The notes beneath the pieces were generated by a model that was not told the DNA's origin, searched no databases, and worked only from the letters and a program-made list of their open reading frames with translations. From the IMG/VR virus record IMGVR_UViG_3300020469_000009: DNA of 64,000 bases. One strand, given 5' to 3'. Shown here one piece after another: positions 47,038-57,712 of this stretch (positions are counted from its first letter, which is position 1; every line of letters starts with the position of its first letter). Source of the DNA: a virus. Both the position numbers and the translations under genes were made by a program.

Positions 47038-47924
47038 TAGATGTCAGCCTCTTTAAATTTAGCACCAGAACGTTTTGCTAAATGTTTCATCATCTTCTCT
47101 TCCGCTGTTAATTTATGTCTTTTGTTAATCCATATTGTTGTAGGTATATCCATAGACAGTGCTAAAAATGATAACCCACCAAGTGTCCCATGAAACTCTT
47201 TTACTTTAGACATTTGTCTAATTACTTTATCTAATTTACCTTTAAACTTAAAAAAATCAAATCTACTTGTAGGATAATCAGCTTCAAATTTTTCTCTAAA
47301 TTTAGCTGACATAGTTTTATTAGGATTACTAGATGCAAAATGATAACCTGCTTCTATAATAGGATTTCTGTATTTGTACATTGGTTTAGGTAATGCCCAG
47401 TATGGTTCAAAGCATCTGTCTATATTGCATGGAATATAATGGTCATTATTATCAGTCCCAAATGTTGGTGCGAATGACATATATGTTTTAGTATCACCTG
47501 GCATTGCACAACTAAATCTTGTTTTTTTATCTAATTCACTTTCGTAATCACATTCGTTAGACGGTAGATATGAATCATACACAGTAGAAAGATGCGGTTC
47601 AGCATTCATATTTTGTACACCATCAAAGTTTTCTGTTAAATCATCTACTCTAAGACATTCAGTACCATCTTTTAATTTTGGATAGTATACGGTTGCTTGT
47701 TTAGAGTCATAATTGTATGCCCACAGACCAGCAATACATAAAGTATGTGCTAAACCAAAAGAAAATTTAGGTCTGTTCTTTGCATCTTCACTACCAAGTA
47801 CATTTATGTGTTGATAACACTGCACTTCATATATGTTTCTAAGTACTGACTTATACTTATCTTCTTTATATAAATGTTTTTTACCTTGAGCAAATGCTTT
47901 ATTTTTTAATTCTTTGCCGTCCAT
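47037..47924 (-). CDS. Paralog of the adjacent GT-like protein
   Basis: Shared FGL.H.LC, P.YR, FHG.L.GL..LAL...PT..I. Confidence 0.45.
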   Translation of the reverse strand: MDGKELKNKAFAQGKKHLYKEDKYKSVLRNIYEVQCYQHINVLGSEDAKNRPKFSFGLAHTLCIAGLWAYNYDSKQATVYYPKLKDGTECLRVDDLTENFDGVQNMNAEPHLSTVYDSYLPSNECDYESELDKKTRFSCAMPGDTKTYMSFAPTFGTDNNDHYIPCNIDRCFEPYWALPKPMYKYRNPIIEAGYHFASSNPNKTMSAKFREKFEADYPTSRFDFFKFKGKLDKVIRQMSKVKEFHGTLGGLSFLALSMDIPTTIWINKRHKLTAEEKMMKHLAKRSGAKFKEADI

Positions 47925-47940
47925 ATCATATTTATTCCCA

Positions 47941-48186
47941 TTATAAGTCTGTGTATGTCTTTGACTCGCAGAAGTACTCCCAACTTAATAGGTGATTTCC
48001 TTTATCATCTTCTAAGTGTTTTTCAAATAATCCTAATGTAAGCATTACTTTATTAGATTGCAGAAACTCTCTACATTCGTATAACGTTTCAAACTCACCA
48101 CCTGGCCAGTCTGTTTGCATTTGAATAGGATTATTGGCATACCATAACAAAGCAGTTATTATTACTACAGTTTTCATTTTTGCCAT
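47941..48186 (-). CDS. Hypothetical protein
   Basis: F.T..EC..F...C pattern. Confidence 0.5.
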   Translation of the reverse strand: MAKMKTVVIITALLWYANNPIQMQTDWPGGEFETLYECREFLQSNKVMLTLGLFEKHLEDDKGNHLLSWEYFCESKTYTDL

Positions 48187-49400
48187 CCTTTCATGACGTC
48201 ATCAGAAAAATTATTGTATGAGAATTCTAATCTATCTACAAACTTAACAGCTTCACCTTTCTTAGAATTAATAGCAACAAAACCCTCTGGGTTAGTCACT
48301 TTAAATCCTTTGCTTGTTTTAATGAACTGTTTTTGTTTATCTAATGACACTAGTTTTTTTATTATCAAAACTTTAGCTTGTGTAATGTAATCTACAAATT
48401 GAAATGCTTTTTTTAATATATCAGCATTTTTACCTAACTCACTACGTAGTTGGCTTTTTGCAGCTATTTTAGTTTCTTTAGCTGCATCTGTTTTTAGTTT
48501 ACTTACCACTTTGTCTTGATAATATGTATCTACATACTCAATATAATCTTTTACTGGATTTTTTTGAGCCATTGGCAATTTGCCTTTTCTAATATTTGAA
48601 TTGATATAAGTTTTTATACCTGCACCTACAGCAGTAGATGGTATCATATCCATAATTGCTTTTAATTTATCAAATCCACCAATTAAATTTTGTGCTTGTG
48701 CTAATAGACTTTCTACATCAGTTTTTTCTGTATCTGTAAATGCTACATTAGCACCTTTAAAGTATGCATCATCCATAAACACTGAACGTGTAGCTTTTAG
48801 TTTTTTTACATTTACACCAAATCTAGCTTTATACTTTTGCAAATCGTCTCTTCCAGAGTATGTGGTATGCCACACTACACCAATATCTGCATTTCTAATA
48901 TTTTTACCTGCTTCGCTTTCTACATCCCAAGCATATACTATTGTATTTGGATGTACTGTAATAAATCTTTTACCATCAATTGTTTCATACTTTTGTTCAC
49001 CTTTTGTAAATAGTAAATCACCCTGTATGACTACACCTGTTGGTATGTTTAATTTTTGGAATTCTTTATGTGCTATTGCTAACTTAGCACCAGTTGCAAA
49101 CTTACTTTTATCTTGTGGACCTTTATATGTAAGTGGTGTTTTATTGAATACACCTTTTGTTGATACAAAAAACTGACCATCAGCAGGGTCTACACCTGCA
49201 AATATAGCTGGTGCACCGTCCCATTTTAAGGTAAGTTGAGTTTCGCCTGTACCAAGACCACCAACAATATTTCTACAGGATTCAATAGCAGCTCTTGCAC
49301 CTATATCTCCTCTTTCAAAGAGGTCTTCATCAACATGCGTTAAATGTAAATTTTTGCCACTATCAGCTGCTTCACTTAAAAAATTCTTAACCGAATTCAT
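48174..49400 (-). CDS. Conserved T4-like protein with ligase-type nucleotidyltransferase motifs
   Basis: KN.HL.H, KWDGAPA, QGD, EGFV, K.VDRLEFS..NF. Confidence 0.7.
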   Translation of the reverse strand: MNSVKNFLSEAADSGKNLHLTHVDEDLFERGDIGARAAIESCRNIVGGLGTGETQLTLKWDGAPAIFAGVDPADGQFFVSTKGVFNKTPLTYKGPQDKSKFATGAKLAIAHKEFQKLNIPTGVVIQGDLLFTKGEQKYETIDGKRFITVHPNTIVYAWDVESEAGKNIRNADIGVVWHTTYSGRDDLQKYKARFGVNVKKLKATRSVFMDDAYFKGANVAFTDTEKTDVESLLAQAQNLIGGFDKLKAIMDMIPSTAVGAGIKTYINSNIRKGKLPMAQKNPVKDYIEYVDTYYQDKVVSKLKTDAAKETKIAAKSQLRSELGKNADILKKAFQFVDYITQAKVLIIKKLVSLDKQKQFIKTSKGFKVTNPEGFVAINSKKGEAVKFVDRLEFSYNNFSDDVMKGWQK

Positions 49401-50445
49401 GTCCTGCTACTCTTTTCATTTGTTTTTTGAACTCTGCAAAATCAGGTTTTTCTTTATAAAGCTTTATACTGATTTCATCACGGTCCTTACCTTTAATACG
49501 CCAATTGTAGCCATCTTTTTTATGTTCAGGGTCTGTAGTTTTTACAACACGTCTTTTAAAACCATCTTCCCACTCTTCAGTACCTTCCTTGAATGTACCA
49601 AAACTAATTAATTCTCTATTTGATATGATTTCAAAATATGTTTTAGATTCCGCACCATTAAGTTTATTATAGTTTTTTAACTCTACTTCAGACATAGTTG
49701 GTCTATATGTAAATACTTTGTCTTTAGGATTAAGCATAATTTGTCCAGTAGTTCTCATCACACCTTTACCTTTGTTTATTCGTATAGGATTCATTTGTGG
49801 ATTACTTTTCGGAGCTACACCTAGTGCATTTAATAATGCCTGAGGGTCTTTTGCTTTTTTAACTTCAGCTGTAGCTATTTTTAATCTGCTTTCAGATGAC
49901 AGTCTATCAGGCTTTTGGTCTGGGTCTGACATTTTATATCCAGTCCATGGTAATTCAAGACCATGATTTGTTCTCACACATATATCTTTAGGATTAATTT
50001 TTTTAACAACACTATGATATTTTTGGTCTGGTTTTTCATAGTTAGTAAATGCACCTTCTAAAAGATAACATATATTACCGTCAGTTATAAGTGTATTACC
50101 AGGAATTTGTGATTTTAGTAGACTTTTGACAGCTGCATCTACTGTTTTTTGATATAATGCTCTTCTAATTCTTTGTCCATCAGGTGATGTCCAGTTCTGA
50201 GAATCTGATGCTCTACCTCCACCTTCTTTTTCATCTTTCTTTACCATTACAGATGCTGATACTATAGCAATACCATATTCATTTAGGCCTTCACTATAAC
50301 CAGTAGTAGTATCTCTTAGGAATAATCTTTCTATACCTGCTCTTTGTGATTGAACAAGTTTTACTTCAGTAGGATAGTTTCTATCTCTGTTTTTTACTAA
50401 TATCCAACCAGTATCTTTAAAATGCTTTGCAGCTACAACACACAT
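49387..50445 (-). CDS. Ntn-hydrolase (N-terminal Cys; C45/NRDE-like)
   Basis: MC...KNRDR, EG.NE.G, RTNH, SS..R. Confidence 0.75.
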   Translation of the reverse strand: MCVVAAKHFKDTGWILVKNRDRNYPTEVKLVQSQRAGIERLFLRDTTTGYSEGLNEYGIAIVSASVMVKKDEKEGGGRASDSQNWTSPDGQRIRRALYQKTVDAAVKSLLKSQIPGNTLITDGNICYLLEGAFTNYEKPDQKYHSVVKKINPKDICVRTNHGLELPWTGYKMSDPDQKPDRLSSESRLKIATAEVKKAKDPQALLNALGVAPKSNPQMNPIRINKGKGVMRTTGQIMLNPKDKVFTYRPTMSEVELKNYNKLNGAESKTYFEIISNRELISFGTFKEGTEEWEDGFKRRVVKTTDPEHKKDGYNWRIKGKDRDEISIKLYKEKPDFAEFKKQMKRVAGHEFG

Positions 50446-50958
50446 TTACTCACCGTTTAAACGTGAGTTAACCTTGTCCCAATCTATAATTTCAAATACT
50501 GACTCTATAAATGCTGCTCTGTCATGACCGAAAGTATATGCATAAGCATGTTCCCAACAATCAATAATCATCGCAACATTATCTACTATTCTATAATTTG
50601 GAATAATATTTACATACCCTTGCATGTTCATAAATACCCAACCAGAACCTTGTAGCCTAGAAGCTTGTTCTTGAACTTGCTTCTTAAAGTTAGCATTATT
50701 GCCGTAACGCTGACTAATAATATGCTCGGCTTTACCAATTGGAACGTTGTTATCTCTTCGTTCCCTTAAGTTATCGAAGTACAATCCGTGAAGATGTGCT
50801 CCGGCTTTGTTAAATGCAAAGTCGCCTACACCATTGTTAAAATCGTCTACTAAACCACGATATATCTTATTATAATGTACATCGAAACCAACTTCATTAA
50901 TTGCTGGTTTTAATTGGCCTATATCGTGACCAAATTTCACGCATTCTAGTGGTTGCAT
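50446..50958 (-). CDS. Fe/Mn superoxide dismutase
   Basis: L.P.I....H...Y, H..YF, GSGW, DCWEHAY, IDW..V..R. Confidence 0.85.
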   Translation of the reverse strand: MQPLECVKFGHDIGQLKPAINEVGFDVHYNKIYRGLVDDFNNGVGDFAFNKAGAHLHGLYFDNLRERRDNNVPIGKAEHIISQRYGNNANFKKQVQEQASRLQGSGWVFMNMQGYVNIIPNYRIVDNVAMIIDCWEHAYAYTFGHDRAAFIESVFEIIDWDKVNSRLNGE

Positions 50959-50967
50959 AATCTACCC

Positions 50968-51543
50968 TTATATCGCTTTAGCTTTGTCGGCTAATTCCTT
51001 TGCTAAACTATTTAATCCTTTTGCTTCTTCTTTTAAAGCTTTGACTTGTGCCAAAAGGTCCTCTTTTTGTTCTTCAGCTGTAGGTTCAGGGATGTCTTCA
51101 GCAACTAACCCCATATCAGGATATGCTGCATTTACTACATCTTCTGTAATATCTGATATTTCACTTAGGTTTCCATCCTTGGCATGACATATCATTTCAG
51201 CTTCTTGTAAATCCAAAGCTTGAAGCATTTCAATAAACAAGTTTTCTCTTTTTAATTCAGGTAATTGTTTACCCTGTGCAGAGTTTACAAAACTAGGAAA
51301 TAGTTTTAGATAGGACCACAAGTTTTGTGGTGAGTCACCGTCTTTATCTTCTTTATCAAATGGTGGTTCACCTTCGGGTAGCATTGATTGAATAGACTTG
51401 TCAAAGTTCCATCTAAGTACATATTGTAATGGTGTGTGATTACTATACTTAGTTCTAATTAAGTCTACTTTTCTTTGTTTGGTGGTACAAGCATTTAGTT
51501 CTTCTAGAATTTCAAACACTTGCATGTCTTGTGGTTTTGTCAT
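50968..51543 (-). CDS. Conserved T4-like hypothetical protein
   Basis: LPEGEPP, KRE.LFI.ML..L...EAE. Confidence 0.7.
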   Translation of the reverse strand: MTKPQDMQVFEILEELNACTTKQRKVDLIRTKYSNHTPLQYVLRWNFDKSIQSMLPEGEPPFDKEDKDGDSPQNLWSYLKLFPSFVNSAQGKQLPELKRENLFIEMLQALDLQEAEMICHAKDGNLSEISDITEDVVNAAYPDMGLVAEDIPEPTAEEQKEDLLAQVKALKEEAKGLNSLAKELADKAKAI

Positions 51544-51553
51544 AATATAGTCC

Positions 51554-52090
51554 TTATAAATTTTTTCTTATTGTATCATATACTTTTTTAGCATTTCTTT
51601 GTAGCGGTCCTGGGAGACCTTTTTTAAATAAATCAAAGTCATCATCTGTTGCTGCCTGCCTCATTTTACTGGCTGACATTCCAGCTAAACCTTCTTCATC
51701 TGGGTCTCTTTGTCCCGCGCTTGTAATAGTTATACTATCAAAGTCATATTCTTTTCCATTATATTTATTTAAAAGTGACTCAAATTCTGATACTCTATCT
51801 GAACCTACTACCATATTAACACTATCAAAGCGTTTTTCTAGGTCTTTCATTAAATCAAATATATTGCGACCTTTGTGGTCTTGTACAATATTGCCAAATG
51901 CATTTTTAGCATATTTTAATTTGTCTCTGTATAATAGTGGATTTTTCTTTTTGTCTGATGTTTTAGACAAAAATACGTAAGGTGTACCTTTTACGATTTT
52001 ACTCACCTTACGTATTTTGTTTACCAGTTTTTCATGACCTACAGTGGGTGGATTCATTCTACCGAATGTAAAGACCGCTGTCTTCGCCAT
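51554..52090 (-). CDS. Cytidylyltransferase-like nucleotidyltransferase
   Basis: FGRMNPPT.GH, KNPL, VGSDR, SAG.RDPD, MSASKMR. Confidence 0.85.
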   Translation of the reverse strand: MAKTAVFTFGRMNPPTVGHEKLVNKIRKVSKIVKGTPYVFLSKTSDKKKNPLLYRDKLKYAKNAFGNIVQDHKGRNIFDLMKDLEKRFDSVNMVVGSDRVSEFESLLNKYNGKEYDFDSITITSAGQRDPDEEGLAGMSASKMRQAATDDDFDLFKKGLPGPLQRNAKKVYDTIRKNL

Positions 52091-52100
52091 ATTAAACTAC

Positions 52101-52751
52101 CTATATCTTGAATTTAGCTGTTGGTGCATCTACGACTGTTCCAGCAAATTCAATATCTTGACCTTTATGCTGTTGGTTTGAAGTAGTATATTTCCAAGCT
52201 GCTGTACCGTCAAAACCCTGCCAGTTTCCTGATACCGGACGAATCTGAATATCATTATTACCAGCTGTTTTACCAGTGACATAGCCTTCGTAATAAACTC
52301 CACCACCTTGAACTGCTACGACATAGTCTCCTACGCCACAATCAGAATCTCTAGTTGCGAATTTTAATGTGTATATACCATTTTCAACTTGAACATCAGT
52401 AGAAGTTCCTAGGTCTGTACCAAATACGCCCTCTCCATCAGAATCTGCAATAGATGTAGTTCCTTTTGATGAGTCGCCTTTCATGTACCAACCTGGCAGC
52501 GCTTCCAAGATTTCTAATGATTTGACTGTTCCTTTGTTTCCATCGGAATCCGAAGTTGCTACAGTATTTGGGCTTGCTTTTCTAGAAGTGACTGCATGTG
52601 TGACTCCAAAACCGCCGACTGTAGCTAACGTATTATCGTCAGAATCAGTAGTCCCCGTGGTAGTCGTATCAACAGAGCCCACGTACTGCAGAGCTGTCTC
52701 TGAGTCTGAACCTCTAAATACGAATGGTTTTCTATAACCTTTATATGCCAT
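52101..52751 (-). CDS. Probable virion structural protein (Gly/Thr/Asp-rich, DSD motifs)
   Basis: Composition; AAGGAG SD; late-like TAAATA upstream (~52790). Confidence 0.5.
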   Translation of the reverse strand: MAYKGYRKPFVFRGSDSETALQYVGSVDTTTTGTTDSDDNTLATVGGFGVTHAVTSRKASPNTVATSDSDGNKGTVKSLEILEALPGWYMKGDSSKGTTSIADSDGEGVFGTDLGTSTDVQVENGIYTLKFATRDSDCGVGDYVVAVQGGGVYYEGYVTGKTAGNNDIQIRPVSGNWQGFDGTAAWKYTTSNQQHKGQDIEFAGTVVDAPTAKFKI

Positions 52752-52796
52752 TTGGAGTCTCCTTAAAATTAAATGTTATTGTCGACAGTCTATTTA

Positions 52797-53648
52797 TTAA
52801 TGTCGAATCTCAAAATCGTCTAAAGATTCAAGGAGAAGCTTCATTTTGTGCTTCATAAGGTAGTTCATCCACAACTGAATGTTGCCTTTTGACTCTGTAT
52901 TGAACTGTTCTTCTATTTGATTCTTGTATTCAGGTGGTGTCATTTGTAAATCAATTAAGTCTTTATTGCGTATCCAGTTTTTTTGGATTTTTGTAGGCCA
53001 ATCATTTGGGTCTGTGTCCAATAGTCTTAATTGTTTTTGTGTGACTGGTGTTTGTCTTGCACCTTCTGTAATTAGAACTTCATCATCAGATAATATGTTT
53101 GGTACACCATCACCTGTATCACCTTTGATAATCTTTAACCTTAGTTCATCTACAGCATTATTACACTTTACCCATTTCTTTTGGATATTTGAAAATTGTG
53201 CAACATTATCATAACACTGTAGCTGTTTGAAATCATTATCTGGTGATACAATTAATATATGGTCATTGTTTTTATGTTCATTGTGTACAATCCAACCAAT
53301 TGCATCATCGGCTTCACAGCCATCTACAAATATGCATCTATATGGACTAAGTTCAATAATATCTTCACGTACTTGATTAACCATTTTAAAGATACCATTC
53401 CAATCATGTATGCTATTATCACGACCTTTGCGTCTACTAGCTTTATATGGTGGAAACTGCTGTCTACGCCAAGAATTACCAGCATCAAAACATATTACAG
53501 TCTCTCCGTACTTGCCTCTATAATCAACATTATACTTACGTATAATATTCAACATTGTGTGGCGAATTAAGTCTTTATCTTCATCATAATCATCAATACG
53601 TGGGAATATTGACGACATTGCAATACTACTAAAATCTAATAGAATCAT
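52797..53648 (-). CDS. rnh: T4-type RNase H / 5'-3' exonuclease
   Basis: WR...P.YK..R, EADD.I, S.D.DF.QL, GD.GDGVPN. Confidence 0.92.
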   Translation of the reverse strand: MILLDFSSIAMSSIFPRIDDYDEDKDLIRHTMLNIIRKYNVDYRGKYGETVICFDAGNSWRRQQFPPYKASRRKGRDNSIHDWNGIFKMVNQVREDIIELSPYRCIFVDGCEADDAIGWIVHNEHKNNDHILIVSPDNDFKQLQCYDNVAQFSNIQKKWVKCNNAVDELRLKIIKGDTGDGVPNILSDDEVLITEGARQTPVTQKQLRLLDTDPNDWPTKIQKNWIRNKDLIDLQMTPPEYKNQIEEQFNTESKGNIQLWMNYLMKHKMKLLLESLDDFEIRH

Positions 53649-53675
53649 ATTATCTCCTTTGCTATTAGAATTATA

Positions 53676-55046
53676 CTAGTTCCAATCGATATTTAATGAT
53701 GGCTGTGGAGTTGATGCTTGTTTACCTGCTGTATTTTGAGCTTCTATGTGAGAAGGTTGGTCTTTAATATCAGTGACTTTCATATGTTCATAATCGACAC
53801 CCAACAGCCAGTTACGTCTGTCTGCTGGGTCACCATATCGATTTTTAAGTTGACTAAACCTGATTAAGTTATCATCTCTTAATTGGTCATTTGTAGTCAT
53901 AGCAAAGAAATAATCTGCAGTCATTGGTAAACCAAAAGACTCTGATACATCAGTCATACCGACATCAGCATCAGTCATACCTTGCCTATTTGTTTGAGTT
54001 GCTGTAAGAATAGGAATATTAAATTCCATAGCCATTGCTCTTAATTCTTCAGCAATTGCTTTGATTTTTTCATAACTATTTGCATTCTTAGATACGCTTA
54101 GTGAATTACAAATATTAAGGTAATCAATACAAATTAACTCAGGAACAAAATTCTTTTTCATATCAAGTTCTTTTAATAAACTTCTAAAGTGTGCTGCCGT
54201 TGGCATACCAGTTGGATATTCTTTTACAATTAACTTACCTTGTGTTTTAGTTCTAAGATTTTGAAACCTTTTTAAGAAACTATCTTTACCAATACTATCA
54301 AGTTCTTCTTGTGTCATATCAAGTAAATTTTGGTCAATACGTTGTGCAATTTTTTCTTCAGCCATTTCCATAGAAATATACAAAACATTTCTACCACGTT
54401 CTAGTAAACTAGATGATATTGAACACATAAATAAAGACTTACCAACACCTGTACCAGCCATAATTACACCAAGTGTTTTTTCTGGTATACCGCCACGTAA
54501 AATATAATCTATATGTTCTAAACCTGTTTCTAATTTGTTTTCTTTCTTATTATAGTAATCCCATCTTTCTTCAACTTCATCTGTATAATCATGACCAACT
54601 GATTTATCAAATGATGTTGCAATTGCGTCATGTAATAATTCAGGTAATGCTGTCATAGGTGTTTTCTTATCATCACCACCAATAACATTTACCGCTTGAT
54701 AAACTGCATTTACAATGGCTCTTTCTTGACACCAAGATTCTGTTTTATTTACCAACCATTCTGTTTTATTAATAGGTTCTACTTTCTTTGTAAGAAACTC
54801 TTGTACTGAATTGTAAATAGGTTCAGTCAAATCAGTTCTTGATTCAACTTCAATTTGTAATGCTGTGGAATTAGGTAATGAATTGTTCTTGTTAAAGTAT
54901 CTAACAATCTCTTCAAATATTACCTTTTCATGTTTTTCAGAAAAGTAATCATCTTTTACAAATGGTGCAACTTTACGACAGTACTCTTCATTTACCATCA
55001 TATTGTATAGTATGCCTTTTCGTAACTCTGATGAATCAATACTCAT
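53676..55046 (-). CDS. Replicative helicase gp41
   Basis: AGTGVGKS, S.EM.EE, KEYPT, IDYLNI, ATQ.NR, SESFGLP.TAD, KNRY. Confidence 0.95.
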   Translation of the reverse strand: MSIDSSELRKGILYNMMVNEEYCRKVAPFVKDDYFSEKHEKVIFEEIVRYFNKNNSLPNSTALQIEVESRTDLTEPIYNSVQEFLTKKVEPINKTEWLVNKTESWCQERAIVNAVYQAVNVIGGDDKKTPMTALPELLHDAIATSFDKSVGHDYTDEVEERWDYYNKKENKLETGLEHIDYILRGGIPEKTLGVIMAGTGVGKSLFMCSISSSLLERGRNVLYISMEMAEEKIAQRIDQNLLDMTQEELDSIGKDSFLKRFQNLRTKTQGKLIVKEYPTGMPTAAHFRSLLKELDMKKNFVPELICIDYLNICNSLSVSKNANSYEKIKAIAEELRAMAMEFNIPILTATQTNRQGMTDADVGMTDVSESFGLPMTADYFFAMTTNDQLRDDNLIRFSQLKNRYGDPADRRNWLLGVDYEHMKVTDIKDQPSHIEAQNTAGKQASTPQPSLNIDWN

Positions 55047-55325
55047 ATATCAGTAATAATACTTGGTGCTTCGTTCTTTTTAACATTTAATATATCTGCT
55101 ATAATATCACTAGCCATATTTTGAAATTTATCTTCTCTTGCATATTTTTCAGCATCTTCTACAGTTAAGAACTCTACTTGGAAATTAAATTTATCTCCAT
55201 CTAAACTCATATCAACTGGTCTCCAAGTGACATTTTCATATTTATGACCCTTGCCAGTGATTTTTATCCATTCACCACCTTCTGGGTCTACCCACGCTTT
55301 AAAATTTTTAGGATTTTGTTTTGAC
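55043..55325 (-). CDS. Hypothetical protein (gp40 position in T4 synteny)
   Basis: Lies between the uvsX region and gp41. Start approximate. Confidence 0.5.
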
Positions 55326-56150
55326 ATTCCACGGCCTTTCATAGTTAATTGTTGTTAAAAATTCGTCTGTAAATACTCCATCAACCCGTATTGTATAGGT
55401 CCATTTAGGACTTGGGTCGACACCGTGGTAATTAAGGTCATGAAACACATAACAATTACTATCCACGTAATGCTGTTTATCGTTTTCTTGGTCATAAATA
55501 AATCCTTTTTTCTCCATATTAGGACTAATCATTATTGAATTATGGTCTTCTAACATTACAAAGGGATTATTATCTCTATGTACTGTCACATGTTGGCAAC
55601 TATCTACTCCAAATATATTAATTCTACCTATTTGTTTAAATGGTAATTTTTCTAATATCCAATCTATTAAAAATGGGAAATACTTTTTTGCTTCTGCTCT
55701 GATGTATTTTCCTGCTGTAGAGCTTTGTTCATTCCAGGGGGACCACATGATTGGATATACGTCTCTCCAAGGATAGTAAGCTCCTTTTTTATACTTGATA
55801 TATTTTTCAAGAATTTTCTGTTTCTTATAATCATTTTCAGGTAATGTTTTAACTCTATGTATTTCTTCATCATATAATTTTGCTCTTGCATATTTGACAT
55901 CTAAATAATCACTGTCAAAGAATTTTGTAAATGCATCTCCTCTAGAATAATCATCACCTACACTAAATATAAGGTCATCACTTCTAGCCATACCCCAGCA
56001 AACTTCATCATTAATTTTAACTGCAGCATCTTTTGTTAATAAATCTAAATGATGAAATGGTTTACCATTGATTTTGATTAAAGGCTGTATTCTTTTTTTC
56101 TTTGGAGGATTTGCAATAAAATCATCTCTAGACTTAAATTGATAATCCAT
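55308..56150 (-). CDS. Fe(II) oxygenase / cupin-like protein
   Basis: IGRI, HRD, F.D..YHGV, R.DG. Confidence 0.55.
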   Translation of the reverse strand: MDYQFKSRDDFIANPPKKKRIQPLIKINGKPFHHLDLLTKDAAVKINDEVCWGMARSDDLIFSVGDDYSRGDAFTKFFDSDYLDVKYARAKLYDEEIHRVKTLPENDYKKQKILEKYIKYKKGAYYPWRDVYPIMWSPWNEQSSTAGKYIRAEAKKYFPFLIDWILEKLPFKQIGRINIFGVDSCQHVTVHRDNNPFVMLEDHNSIMISPNMEKKGFIYDQENDKQHYVDSNCYVFHDLNYHGVDPSPKWTYTIRVDGVFTDEFLTTINYERPWNVKTKS

Positions 56151-57202
56151 TACTCTTCTTCTACTTCTTCTACTTCCTCTACCACTGCTTTTGTACTAGT
56201 ACCAATTGCATATCTATCTTTAATTGCATCAGCAAAACCAGCTTTAAACATAGGAATCCAAAATTCAGAATGTGATGTATCAGCTTTACGCTTTTTATCT
56301 GTAATTACTTCACCCGTTTTAGGATTAGTACCTTCAAACCAACCTACTGAAGGTTTGTTTACCCAGCCTAATTCTAATCCAATGTCAAGTAAACCAGACC
56401 ATTTGTTAATACCACCTTCCCAGGTGACACTTAAAGGTAATCTAGTTTTTTCTCTTACAAATCTAGATTTTTCTACACCCATCATAAAGTGATAACCTGC
56501 TATTTCAGTACCTTCTTTTTCTTGCTGCCTACCCATAAATAATATTTGATTTGCAGAATAGTAAATACCAGTACCACCACCCATTACATCTTTAGGAAAC
56601 ATTCCAATCTCTTTATAAGTGTGATTGACTGCAACTAAAGGTATATCTCTTGTTGTAAGATAAGGTGTACAAATTCTAAATAATGATTTAAGTGCTTTAG
56701 CTCTTGACATATCTGCTACTGATTTACCATCAAGTGCATCTTCTAATTCTTTTTTAGATGCTAAATTACCGACTGAATCAATTACAATAATAACTTTATC
56801 ACCTTTATCTATTTCTTCTAATTGTTTTGTAATATCAAACTTAAGTTGTTCTACATGTTCAATTGGTGTGTGTATACATCTTTGTGGGTCTACACCCATA
56901 CTTTCTAAGTATTCAGGTGTGATACCAAACTCTGTATCATATAATAAACAAACAGCTTCTGGATATTTTTTCATATAAGCATGAGCCATAAGTAATGCCA
57001 GGTTTGATTTGAAATGTTTTGATGGACCTGCTAAGACAGTAAGTCCAGGTGTTAATCCTCCATCAATAGAACCAGATAATGCAATATTCAAAACCGGTAC
57101 ATCTGTTGGTACCATATCTTTTTTATTGAATAATGCTGAATCTGATAAGACTGCTGTGGATTTTACGGTTGAAGTTTTTTTAAGCTTTTCTAGTAGCGAC
57201 AT
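56150..57202 (-). CDS. uvsX: RecA-like recombinase UvsX
   Basis: NIALSG..DGG, GPSKHFKS, YDTEFG, IDS.GNLAS.KE. Confidence 0.95.
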   Translation of the reverse strand: MSLLEKLKKTSTVKSTAVLSDSALFNKKDMVPTDVPVLNIALSGSIDGGLTPGLTVLAGPSKHFKSNLALLMAHAYMKKYPEAVCLLYDTEFGITPEYLESMGVDPQRCIHTPIEHVEQLKFDITKQLEEIDKGDKVIIVIDSVGNLASKKELEDALDGKSVADMSRAKALKSLFRICTPYLTTRDIPLVAVNHTYKEIGMFPKDVMGGGTGIYYSANQILFMGRQQEKEGTEIAGYHFMMGVEKSRFVREKTRLPLSVTWEGGINKWSGLLDIGLELGWVNKPSVGWFEGTNPKTGEVITDKKRKADTSHSEFWIPMFKAGFADAIKDRYAIGTSTKAVVEEVEEVEEE

Positions 57203-57252
57203 AATGTTTCCTTTGTTGGTTGTTTTATTCAGCGTATACCAACGCCGTACTA

Positions 57253-57260
57253 TATTTATA
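57253..57260 (-). promoter_or_regulatory. TATAAATA late-type promoter upstream of uvsX
   Basis: Exact octamer in the intergenic gap. Confidence 0.5.
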
Positions 57261-57283
57261 CCACTACTAGAAGCTTTTTTATG

Positions 57284-57712
57284 TTAGCCTTTGAGATATT
57301 CAGGCTCACCTTTATTAATCTTAATGGCTTTGGGCTTCTTTTCTTCTGGAAGCTTATATTCCAATTCGACTACTAACAAACCATTTGTAATGGCTGCATT
57401 GGTGACTTCAATATATTCTTGAAGTTTAAAAGTCTTAACAAATTTACGAGATGAAATACCTTTGTGTAAATATTCTTTCTCTTTGCCATCAACTTTGCCT
57501 GTGATGATTAACTCGCCATCTTTGACTGTGACATCAATATCTTTCTCACCAAAACCAGCAATAGCAAGTTCGATTGCGAACTTATCTTCACCTGTTTTTA
57601 CAATATTGTGTGGTGGATAGGACTCGATGTTTGTCCAGTGTGTTGAGTTTAATTCATCGAAAAGACGGTCAAATCCAATAAAGGCAGACCGCGGGAATGT
57701 AATTGCGTTCAT
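57284..57712 (-). CDS. Small heat-shock protein Hsp20 (IbpA-like)
   Basis: IGFDRLF, YPP.NI, IELA.AGF, YLHKGI..R.F, NGLL, PEE.KP..I.I. Start ATG 57712. Confidence 0.95.
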   Translation of the reverse strand: MNAITFPRSAFIGFDRLFDELNSTHWTNIESYPPHNIVKTGEDKFAIELAIAGFGEKDIDVTVKDGELIITGKVDGKEKEYLHKGISSRKFVKTFKLQEYIEVTNAAITNGLLVVELEYKLPEEKKPKAIKINKGEPEYLKG

